From Laetmonice hystrix (lineage: Eukaryota), in assembly GCA_965235115.1 (NCBI GenBank), contig OZ249436.1, forward strand, positions 39,372,001 to 39,436,000: a DNA stretch of 64,000 nucleotides. Reading direction: 5' to 3'. Below, in pieces: positions 1 to 11,900 of this stretch (positions within the stretch are counted from its first letter, which is position 1; each line of letters starts with the position of its first letter). Under the pieces are notes generated by a model. The model was not told the DNA's origin and made no database searches. It saw only the letters and a program-made list of their open reading frames with translations. The position numbers and the translations under genes are program-made.

Positions 1-285
1 GATCTGTAACAACACACTTTGAAAACATTACGCACTTTTACAAATATGTTCAAAATGCGTTAACTGTTGGACCACCTCAACGCACTTTGAAAATTGTTTT
101 CAAAGTGCGTTGAGAATCGGGTCCACTTAAACGCACATTAAAAAAGAAAATTGAAAGTGCGTTGAGGTAGACCAAAAAATCTTAACGCACTTTGAAATTT
201 TTATTTTCAAAATGCGTGAAGTTGGACCCAAATTTTAACGCACTTTGAACAGATTTTTCAAAGTGGGTAATTTCAAAGTGGGGTT
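1..285. repeat. Degenerate palindromic tandem repeat (likely transposon internal or subterminal array)
   Basis: Repeated AACGCACTTTGAAAA / TTTTCAAAGTGCGTT pairs about every 57 bp. Confidence 0.65.
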
Positions 286-1033
286 GTTACACATGCACAT
301 AAGCGACAATAGTTTAGAGCCGGAGTGAAGGGTTGGAAGGCCATTTGGGACTGACAAAAAGTGGTCACAATGCGAAGTGGTCTTAATAGGAGTGCCCGCT
401 ATTGTGGGGTTTTGACAAACATTAAATAGATAAATAGATAAATACATTAAAAAAAATAATAAAAAATTCCGGACTGAGCCAAACTGGCCGTAATTAAGGG
501 TTGACCTGTGGCTCATCTATAAATATCACTGGCAATTGCTCGTAACAGACAGGAACACGATCTATCCTTCGATACAAGCTATAGATGTTGTGTACAGGGG
601 ATGAGGGATATTTCTACATGAATTCCAGCTTTCTGTATAAACTGTGACATCTGGTTTGGAGATTTGTGTGGCAGTTGGGGGAATATTATATTATAATAAA
701 ATATAATAAAATATAATGCCAGCCTTTAGCAATAAAAAACCGGCTTTGATCAACATGGGCAATTGTTGACATGAAGCAACATATCAGGTCAGGTCAGGTG
801 TACCCATTCCGCCACCTGACGACTAATTAGGGAACTGCCTCAAGAAGCTGGTGTCGCAGTGAGGTGTTGCTCTCAGGTACTTTTACGACCACTAATGGAG
901 ATTGTGTAACGACTGCTAATATTGGGCACATTGCAGATAGCGACTTCTAACATTGCGAGCACTTGTGACAACATGGGGTATCTGATATGCAACGGCACGG
1001 TCAGTAGGGCCGTTAGTAGTCGCAAAAAATTAA

Positions 1034-1564
1034 AGGGGCATGCTATGGAACAGGTTTTGGAGGATTTCCGGCAATTATCCAACATGACCGTGTACTAGGG
1101 GTCCAAGTAAATAATCCTACCATAGCATTTTGTCCTCCGGCGTGTTTTCGCTGCGTATGCAGCACAAGTATATAGTTCTATACGACCAAACGCATAGATT
1201 TCTCCCGATAGCACATCTCCCGCCATAATTTGGTAGACAACCTCCCATCAACCCGTGTAATTGCATACTGCGTCACATCCTGCGTGTGCACTCTCTGCAG
1301 GTGCTTGGTCACGTGCTTCGCTTAGCTGTAAACAATTCAGCAGTTGCACTCGATCGTCTGGCATCAGAATGCAACCCAAAAAATATTTTACCAAATCGGC
1401 AGAGAAGCGGGTAAGGGAGCTTCATAAACTTCGATTTCTCACGCAAAATGAAACTGATAAGTCTGTCTTTGTTTACCAAGCAATTTTAATGAAGGATTTC
1501 TTGAGGAAAAAAGCAAAAGTTCTTTGAAATACCGATTTTTTACGTTTCCTCATAATATGCCCCT
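1034..1564. mobile_element. Non-autonomous TTAA-target DNA transposon (Kolobok-like MITE), copy 1
   Basis: TTAA|AGGGGCAT...ATGCCCCT|TTAA. An inverted second copy lies at 8002-8528. Confidence 0.85.
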
Positions 1565-2136
1565 TTAAGAATCGCAGAGGTTTTAGTGGTCCTTAAGGCA
1601 AAAGAATATGCAACGGGGCCCATGTGACATGTGTATAGTTCAGTACAGCTGAGCCTCCCTAGTGAGCGCGAAAATGTGTCTTTCCAAAGAGGATAGAATC
1701 ACAGGCGATGCTATATTGGCTTAAGTGACACGTGTATTGTTATGCTCAATGAACTCAGGACCGTGCCAAATAGGCTTTACATGATAGGACTTGGTTTGAA
1801 AAAATAACATAGATGTGAACGTGACATTTTCCAGCCACACCTTGTCGAACCACGCACCTGCGCCTGTGATTCCCGAGGAACGCTTGACAACTGGTACTTG
1901 AAAGGGAAACCTAATTTCTCACATCTGCACATATGATTTGTCATACGCTATAATTGCTGTTTGCAGTGCTGTGTAAGCCAGATTGGTTTTGGGGTGGGGC
2001 AATCTAGAGAGAACAAGTAAAGTGTGATGTTTCATCAGTTTCCTTGATGGCTTCCTTTGTATTCTGTCTATAACGCTATGCCATGAGTTGGCGTTTGGAT
2101 CGATTAGATGTCACAGTATGATCTGTTGCATTCGCA

Positions 2137-2226
2137 CATAAATACCCGCAACAGACTTTTCGAGATCCTAAACTGCGGAGGGATCTGCGCGAATGTTGTG
2201 TGTCATGAGGTGCTCATCATTTCAAT
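2137..2226 (+). promoter_or_regulatory. Putative TATA-like core promoter and non-coding first exon of copy A
   Basis: CATAAATA at 2137-2144, TAAACTGCGG about 30 nt downstream, then donor GTAAGT at 2227. The same arrangement occurs in copy B. Confidence 0.5.
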
Positions 2227-2459
2227 GTAAGTGGAACCCTCGGGAAATATTTATTCTAATAACAACACATTTAAATGTTTCTACTCTTGTTTTATTGTAA
2301 ATAATGGTATATGAGGTATAACACATTGCCAACATTTTTAACTTGGCCGTACAATGGGAACGTGTTTATTGCCTGTTGAATTATTGTATGTAATTCATCC
2401 AAGACATCGTTGACGCCTGACGACCCTAGTGGCAAAATCGTGACGGATAAGGAAATCAA

Positions 2460-2909
2460 ATGTCGCTACGGACCAAACTTGTGCAATTGGCTGTCATTCT
2501 AGCATACTTCGTCAGAAGGACATCGTTACAGCCTACAGGTAACAACAGTCAAACATTATACACAACAATGCTAAACCTCCGTAGGTGCTTATGTATCTCA
2601 AATTTCTCAAGGGCAGCATATGTATATTTAAGTGTGTTGGTATTAACATGTGTAGTTGGAAATGGATACACCATCAAAATGTCTGACAGTTTATCATCTC
2701 TGTCACACCGACTGTAGATTAAGAAACCTATGTCCGCTTCTTTTCAACTAAAGGTGGAACTGATGACCTTTGCATCAGAGTGGGCGGTGTGTGTACAGAA
2801 GCGAAGTGTTGTCCTCACAAGTACGAGGCAGACGGAATCTGTTTGGGCTACCCTGATCGAACATGTTGTCTTAACAAGCCAGACTGCCAATGGAAGGACA
2901 AAGCCAAAG
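2460..2909 (+). CDS. Copy A exons 1-2: signal peptide and beta-defensin-like cysteine module
   Basis: Signal-peptide-like [26 protein letters not shown], then [33 protein letters not shown]. Copy B has [26 protein letters not shown] (56063-56141) and the same Cys module (54325-54477). Confidence 0.75.
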
Positions 2910-5900
2910 GTGAAAAAAGCAGTACCCTACTTCAGTCATTCTTTTCAGGACGGGCAAGCCAATCGTAATTATGATCATTCTCTGTATAATCTACAATATT
3001 GCATGTTGAAGCTTGCTTGGCATTCTTATGCCCGGTGCACACTACACGACTTGCTAAGACGCGACAGTTGAGTTGCTATTCTTCCCGATTCCCGATTAAA
3101 GACTGGCGCGTGCACACTACACGATTTCTACGATGAGACACATGCACACTTGCGACTCAACTGTATTTGATGTTGTTTTCTTTTAATTTCCAGAGGAGCA
3201 TGGCCTAATGGCCATCTCTGAAGTAGGCCTACGTAAATTTCGGAAACCCCCCTTAAAAAATTTCTGGATACGCCACTGTGGAACCACCCTTGCACTTGCC
3301 CTTATTGTTGTGCTTCAACTCCGAAAACTGCAAGGGAACATTCCAGGAACTTTAGGAGATAATGGGTGACATCTAGGCGGCGGAAGATAAAATTGGTTGC
3401 TGGGTTGTGAATGACATAGGTCATTCCAAGATTTGAAATGCGGGTTATGCGAGCGCCGAAGGCGCAAAGCCTCGAGCGGGGAGGGGAGGGGGCGCTGGGG
3501 CCCCTCCCCCAGAAAAAAATGAAAACTAAAATGTCAACTCAGCGTTTTACTGCATGGAAACCTTCATGCGGTGGGGAAGGGGAGGGCAGTGGTGGATTTA
3601 AGCAGGGGGGAGCTACTGGGAAATAATTTTTCTTTTTCTTGCTTTTTGTTCCCACAAAACACACACACACACACCCCGCACCTACACCCCCCCCCCCCCC
3701 TTGGCCCCTCGCAACACCCCCGTTGGCGCAAACCTGGATCGGCCCTTGGAGGGGGTTCGGGAATTGTCCCCGACTTTTTTCATTTGGGGAGGCCTTAAGT
3801 TACACTATTTTCCGGTATCTGGACACAAAATTTTCAAGGAAATTGCTTCAAAGCATGAAAGTGTGTATATGGGGGTAATTTGAGGAGGGGAGGGAGGGGA
3901 TCAGTGAAAGTTTAAAGAAGAGCAAAGGAAGGTGGGAAATGATTGGATAGCTACATTTTCAAGGGGGAGAATCACCCCCACCCATCTGGATCTGCCCCTG
4001 CGCGGGCATAATATTATTAGGGCGCGGGGGTGAAGCCTTTTAAATCCCACCACGCACACTTTTCATTGCGAAGTTGCGACTCCCCTAACCCCCCCCCCCC
4101 CCCAGGTTCCGCCGCCTATGGATAAATTTGATTTAAGAGTAGGCTGGGTTTGGTGTCACCCATCAAGGCACTCATGCATCCATAGGGTGTCACGTGACAA
4201 AATTTCTGCTCTGTGATTGGACCATGTGTTCCCGACGATCGAGTCGCGTCGGGAATAGTGCGCACACTGACAACTACAATCTTAGAAGTGGTGCATACTA
4301 CACGACTGTTGTTGGGCCTCATTCATTTTTTGAATCGTATAAGACTGCGGGTCGCCCACTCGAAACTCGTTATAACTCATCTTATCTAGACGGCGATTAC
4401 ATGCACACTACACGACTCTCAGTCGGCGATTGCTCAGATTGCCGATCCCCGGCTGGAATCGTGTACTGTGCACCAGGCATTATGTGACTGCAATGTTTCC
4501 TCTGTCACAGAGCTGTCCTACTGGCTGAAGGGGACGTACGCCATCCCCCAGTCGATACATGGATGTCCTCACTCGGAACATTTCCGATGGATTCCGACGA
4601 CGGTTGAGATCAGCACCAAGGTTGAAGGTCAAGGTAACAAGATGTCGAGTTTGACGTACCAGCAGGGGCCGTTTGACGTCACGAGTATGGTCTTCCACAT
4701 GTGTGGCGTGGTAGAAGGATTGAGTAACAACGATCTAACTCAGGCCAGACAACCATGGCCAAAGGGGTCATATTGCATCTACAAACTCCAGCATGAATGC
4801 CCAGCAGGTAAACGTCCCTCAGCCTTAGATCTACGTTTTGAGACTCTAACAGTGTTTTATCATGTCCTGATCCCGGCACCACCTTAAAGTTCTACAGACA
4901 TCACAATTAACATGAAATTTTGTACCAGATCCGGATAATACTTGTAATTTGTCGTTGTTCTGTAAAGGAACGGTTGTACAACAACGGTAACTATCTGTAA
5001 TCCGTGATCAGAAGGACCATTTACCGTGCACACGTCTCTTCCGATTTTCGGTAAAGAGCAGTCGGAAGCGAGACTGCGATGTGCATGGCGCGTGATTCAA
5101 ATTGTCAATATTTTTTCAAAATGTTACTTTCTGAGAGAATTTAGCAGAAAATCCGATCTCGGACACGTCTACAACTCACAGTGATCTATCAAGCTCAGTA
5201 ATGTGATGTCTGTAGCACTTTAACAATAGTGGATACCTTACGAAAACAACGTCAATGTTGAATATTTCCGAATATTATTTTATTCTGCCCGTTGCGCTCT
5301 TTTCTCCGTCATTACAATTTTAGTCTTGCTCGATAAATTCAATCTGTCATTGTAGGTTTTACGCCCGGCTCCGTGACAGTTGGCAGCTCCGTTTTAATAC
5401 TTGCCCAGTGGACAAATCTGAACCCGATGACGTCAGCACCCGACGACAGCGTCTCTATCTCGTTTTGCTGTCGTCGGGATGGTAACGCCAAAGATGAAGC
5501 ACTGTTTCCGTCGCCTCATCCGTTCACACTTATCAAGGTGTGTGCTTCAAAACAGTAGCACACCAAGGCAATTTCCGAAATGTCTGAATTACTGAAGTGC
5601 TAAGCAGAAACAAGCAAATCCCTTTAAAGTACATACTTTAAAGAAAGGCAAAATATTAGCTTTTCAGCTGTCTGTACATGTGCTTCTTACCTTAAAGCTT
5701 CTTTCCAGCCCAAAATTGAACCCAATAGGCTGTTCAGAATAGAGAATTCGATAATAGAAAGAGGTGTGCTCTATAGAAGGCACGAATATTGGAGTAGACT
5801 GCCATTTTTGCCACGCCCATCGTATTAACCAATCAAAAAGGAGCGGGACTCCAGGACTACTGACGTCACTAAGTCGAACCACAGCCCTGCCGCCATTCAT

Positions 5901-8900
5901 TCAGGGGTAAAACTTGGTATCCTTCATACGCGTCTACAGGCCTCCTATACAACTTTACAAGTCGTTTGGACTTTAGTCCAAGTTTTAAAAGTACTGGAGA
6001 CTAGTGGAGTCGAGACAGGGAGAGGTTCATGATAATGTGTAGGCCTACAGACGAGGTAGTCGGCAGTGGCAGATCTAGACTGTCGCTCAGGCAGCTTGAG
6101 TGACATGCAGTGAGCCCCCACCTATGAAGACCATAAGGTGACATCATCCGCCACTCGCCCCGCTACTCGCCCTGCCACTCGCCACTGGCCCCGCTACTCG
6201 CCACTCGCCTCGCTACTCGCCACTTGGCCCGCCACTCGCTCCGCGCTACTCGCCACTCGCCCCGCTACTCGCCCCGCTACCCGCCGGTTAGGGTTAGTGT
6301 CTAGGGTTAGCGTTAGCGGGGCGAGTGGCGGGGCGAGTGGCGGGGCGAGTGGCGGGTATGTCACCTTATGGTCTTCATAATAAGGTGACATACCCGCCAC
6401 TCGCCCCGCAACTCGCCCCGCTACTCGCCTCGCCACTCGCCCCGCTACTCGCCAGTTGGCCCGCTACTCGCCACTCGCCCCGCTAACGCTAACCCTAACA
6501 CTAACCCTAACCGGCGGGTAGCGGGGCGAGTAGCGGGGCGAGTGGCGAGTAGCGGGGCGAGTGGCGGGCCAAGTGGCGAGTAGCAGGGCGAGTGGCGAGT
6601 GGCAGGGCTAGTAGTGGGGCGAGTGGCGAGTAACGGGGCGAGTGGCGGGTGATGTCACCTTATGGTCTTCATACCTTATGGTCTTCATAGACCGAAGACC
6701 AGCGCTATAAAAAACTATGTTGGTGGTTCTCGGTCACTGCCGCCGCGTCACTGCTTGGACACCTTGTACCACATTCTATGGTGCACAAGTGACGTCATTT
6801 GCCAAGTGGGGAACCCCATGTTCTTGGCACAAGATGGCACAGAAGGGCTGGTGTGGAGTAGCAGTGGATTTTTAACGATTACTTTTTTGATCATTTTTTT
6901 CTGATTTTTTTAAAGGTCCAAGGTGCAAGGTATAGGATTGGTCTACCAGTGCAGCCCTATGTGATATAATTATTTTTCGTTGCTTTAAACCATGACGTGC
7001 GTTTTAAGCTACTATCCCACTGCGCCGTTTAACGATTCCGTCTGAAAAACGAAGGCGTACGTTTATTGAAATTTAATATTCGTTTTTAATTCGTTTTTCA
7101 GCTGGTTTTCAGACGTATAGACGTTGACAGACGGCGCTAGCCGTTTTAAACTTTGGATGCATGTTCAAAGATTGAAACGGCCAGCTTCCGATCGCGATTG
7201 GCTGTTCTCATATGTTACTATGGCGGTTTTTTTGCCGTTTTCATCGTTACTCAGGCGGAATCTTACCGGTTTTTAGACTTTTATGGCTGTTTGGCAGGCG
7301 GACAGCTCGTCTGCCTCCAGCCACGGAACGCACCATACGTCTATGGAACAGTGAAACCGGCAAGAAAACAACTGAATAACGTCCAAGAAACATTTACTTC
7401 ACGAATACATGAGCGCCTGATCTCAGGCCAAAGACAGTCCTAGCAACGGTAAAAACAGATGGATACGGATTGAGGAACGTCTATCAACGTCTAATCACGT
7501 CTGAATAACGGTCAAAACGCATATAAAAGTTAGAGATACGTGCGAGAAACGCCTTGGCAACGGCCAGACGGGCAGAAACGGACATCCAGGTGAAAAAGCT
7601 TGGGTCCTGCATACCTAAAACTTCTCACAACAATACTTTTTAAAATAATTTTAAAAAATGACATTTCACCCTCATAGCCATGCTCCTTTACATTCTCACC
7701 GTTTTGCTCACTGCTTTCGTTTTTTGGGGTGTTTTTTCGTGAGCTTGCAAATCAAATCAAAGCAAATCAAAAACACGAAAACGATGAGAATGAGCTCATG
7801 CTTACCCTTGCGCACGGTGGAAAAGTAAACCAAAAAACCGGGCCTTCTCGGCCCACAGAATGATCGATGTGGACCGCCCACGAGCTACGACTGTTGTGAG
7901 GCGGCAATGGGCGGAGCTTGGCCTTTGTCAAGACGGAAACTGAATGGTGATAGACGTATTTCAGACGTTTTTTAGCCGTTTTGTTCGTTACTCATACTTA
8001 AAGGGGTATATTATAAGGAAACGTGAAAAATTGGTATTTCAAAGAACTTTTGCTGTTTTCATAAAGAGATTCTTCATTAAAATTGCTTGGTAAACAAAGA
8101 CAGACTTATCAGTTTCATTTTGCATGAGAAATCGAAGTTTATGAAGCTCCCTTAGTGGCCATCTGGAAAAACGGCTCCGCCCATCGTTTGCACGTGGCTT
8201 TTGTTGATCGATCGAGTACAACTGCTGAATTGTTTACAACTAAGCAAAGCACGTGACTAAGCACATGCAGAGAGTGCACACACAGGATGTGACACAGTGT
8301 GCAATTACACGGGTTGATGGGGGGTTGTCCGCCAAATTATGGCGGGAGATGTGCTATTGGGAGAAATCTATAGGTTTGGTTGTATAGAACCTACTTGTGC
8401 TGCATACGCAGCGAAAACACGTCGGAGGACAAAATGCTGTGGTAGGATTATTTACATGGATCCCTAGTACACGGTCATGTTGGATAATTGCCGGAAATCC
8501 TCCAAAACGTGTTCCATAGCATGCCCCTTTAAGCAGACGTTAATCAGGCGTTCGATGTTCCGTAAGCTGGTCTGAATGAAGACGTTACTCATACTTAAGC
8601 AGACGTTTCTCATACGTATTTAGACGTTACTTTTAAGTGCTGAACCCACCAAGGCGATTCCCCTTGCGACGGCCATGCGATTTTTGATTTAATGGTGGAA
8701 TTTCACTCTGAATTTTTTTCTGGCTGGCCTTCTCTGTTTCAGGAAATGGGTTCCATCCTTTAATCTCAAAATTACAGTAAAATAAAAGGGTGATGTCAAA
8801 ATCGCATGGGCGCCGCAAGGGGAATCGCCTTGGTGGGTTCAGCACTGCTTATCTATCTACCGTTAATGGCAAAAAAAAATGAATTTACCGCCGTCTGACA

Positions 8901-11900
8901 CCGTCTGACGTAAATATTTAGACGGAGGCAGACGGAATCGTTAAACGGCAGTATGGGACAGGGGCTTTAAGCCGGGCTTCCATGTGTAGGCCTACGTTTC
9001 AGATCCGTTTTCGGTTCAATCGTTTATGCATGAGCATTTCCATGTTTACTTTCATAGTCCGATTGTACACATGAACACGCTACCGTAGGAAATAGATATA
9101 TACGATCGAATTGGAAACAGATAACGGAAACGTACCCATGGAAACCCTGCTTTACTCAATCCCAAGAAAACAATGCCCCCAGCGCTGTCATCATACGGTG
9201 ACACATAGCGTTTTTTACCAGAAGAATAACTGAATTCGCGAATAGAGGTCCGTTCTACAAGCACCGCCACAAGCGTTATACACGTTAACTCTTTATTGAA
9301 GGTGGTGGGTATATTTCACCTGCCTTTTCTAAGGGTGGAACGGTTATCTTGCATGATTGCCGTAGGTAGGGCCTAATCTATCATTAATATAGGTAAAACT
9401 TTCTTGTAGATGGACGAGCAATGTCAAGCGGTGAAGTATATGGAGGTTATAGAAGAGTTTTACCAGTTGGCAATCGGTAACGAGTCTGATCCCAGGGTGT
9501 CATCCAATGGCATGACACCACGTCATCTGCTAAATCAACCCGGATTTCTTAACATGCGTTTTTGTTTCTACAAAGGTAAACGTGGCATTGCTATATTAAA
9601 GATGGCCCTCTACGCCATTATTCTTCGCTTCATGAATTGAATATATTTCCACAATCCTGAACTATATTTATAAAGGACTAATGTTTGTGGTAATTTTTTC
9701 AAATCTAAAATCTAATTCATGGACTTTGACTGTGAAGCCTAGATTACGATGATCCATGTGATTTCTAACTCTGGAAATTGATCTCTTCGGAATTGTCTTT
9801 TTAGTGAAAAATTTACCCTTATTTCATTTCACCTTTCCTGTTTCCGAGAGCATAGAAGAGTCTTATTTTGTATGGATCCTCTTTTTCTACTTTGCAGCTT
9901 ATGAGGACTGTTACCATGAGATAGACGATGGTCGATCCTATCATGGCTACATCAATTTTACTACAAATAGTCCCTGCCGTTACTGGAAGGATATGGGTGG
10001 TTGGTGGCATCTGCCCGACCATCCTGAACTCCGCGGTACCGTCCGTGAAAACTACTGTTTTGGTTTACGGACGCTGGCTTCAAAACCCTACTGCCCTGAA
10101 GCAGATTCGATTGCTGAAAAAGATGTAATAGGGTGTGCAGTTCCTAAGTGTAAAGGTAACGGATACCAAAGTTGTAATCTTATTCATCCAATCTCTTAGG
10201 GCCCGTTTCCTGCAAGCGTACGCGTCGGCGTATGCGTCAGTGTTTGACGTGTTCAACACAAGAAAGTAATTCAAGATGTTTAGAAACGAACAGCGCTTTA
10301 CGATAAAACTGGACGGGACCACAGCGACTGTGACGTTAAAGGAAACCTATGGGAAGCAATAACAGCAAAGCTTGAAGTGAATGACAATGGTACGAATTTG
10401 ATTCCCCCACCCCCCCACCCACCCCCCACCCCCCACCCCCACCCCAAAAAAATTACTAGACAGTGCAAAAATAAGTTCCTAGGCCCCTACATCGTGGGTG
10501 TAATGTGAAATTTCATGCTCAAAAACGCGAACACATGTAATCTTGCTGACGCCACCGCCGACTCCGATGCCAAAGCTTGGTTGAAACGGACTCTACTCCT
10601 ATGAACCTTTAACTCGTGTGGTCATTTGGGAAGAAATACCTTTTCTTCCGCTGTGGCATGAGCTTCTTCCACACTGGTATGGGATTTTCTTACGAACTGT
10701 GGTATAAGATTGTTCTTACACACTATGGTATGAGATTGTTCTTAGGCACTGTGGTATGGGATTGTTCTTACACGCTGTGATATGGGATTGTTCTTCTGCA
10801 CTTTGGCATGAGATTGTTCTTGCGCACTGTGGTTTGAGCTTCTTTTTCTGCACTGTAGTTGAGCTTCTTCTTCCACACATGAACTTGCAGTATGCACAGC
10901 GGCTACCATTGTAACAAAATGACCAAATCACGTGTTATTGCAGACCTCCGTTACGAGCCGGGAGTTACGGGAAGGGGGCCTGATCTACCTTCGACACAGA
11001 TGACAGGCAATTTGTATAGCGCCTCCCTCATCACAGATGGCACTATAGGTATGAACTCAACATAATGGTACGATTTGATCTCATACGTAGCTTGGAAGCG
11101 AATCCGACCAGATTGCTTACATAGGTCTGTTTATTCCAGACACGTGCTGGAGACAGAACGACGTGTTTCGGCCCTGGTGGCAGTTAGACCTTCAAAGAAC
11201 GGAGGAAGTTGTGGCTGTTTATAGTGAAGAAACTATCGGTAATTTGACAAAATCGTTACTTTACTACTGGTCTAAGTAATAACGGAAATGCCGGTCCTAT
11301 ATAAATATGGAGACAAACCTTTACATCACAAAACAATTTTTAAATGCGAAATAGGAACAAAACTATACGGTTTATCTTCAGGCACTCTTTGCTCATTCAG
11401 CAATATGACGGTATATGTTGGCATGGCGCCCGATGACTTCTACAATGACGGAGCCAAGGCGTGCATCCGTTATTATAACGGATACGGAAACACACTCATG
11501 ATGCCTTGCCAACAGAACGTCAGGGGGCGCTTCATCACCATACGCCAAGGCACACGTCACCATGCCTTAGATTACTTTGATAGTCATCGATGTCTCGCTC
11601 TCTGTGAGATAATAGTCTATGTAAAAGGTATGATCATTCTTTATTTTTTTCATATGTTCCGCTTTAGAATCTGAATCTATTGCCTTGATCGATTCTGGGT
11701 AGGTTTTTGATTGTAAAGGTGTATCGGGTATGAATGCAGGACGTATCGATCACCAGAAAAACCACAATGAGTCACGTTGGAATGGGTTAGACTTTGTGTG
11801 TTGATGTACTTGTTAGCCGCCGAGTGTGAACAACCATTTGAATCCGAAGATGTCGAACCTCACTCTCAGATGTCTGCATCCTCCGAGGCCGAGGGAAGCG

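Larger units (their letters stand above)
7005..8970. mobile_element. Non-autonomous TIR element (Harbinger-like) with two nested MITEs
   Basis: Termini TCCCACTGCGCCGTTTAACGATTCCGTCTG / CAGACGGAATCGTTAAACGGCAGTATGGGA. Confidence 0.65.

Noticed and set aside
6138..6436. Low-complexity ORFs (RPAT/RVAG repeats)
   Set aside because: These are translations of the GC-rich palindromic MITE, with no coding signal.
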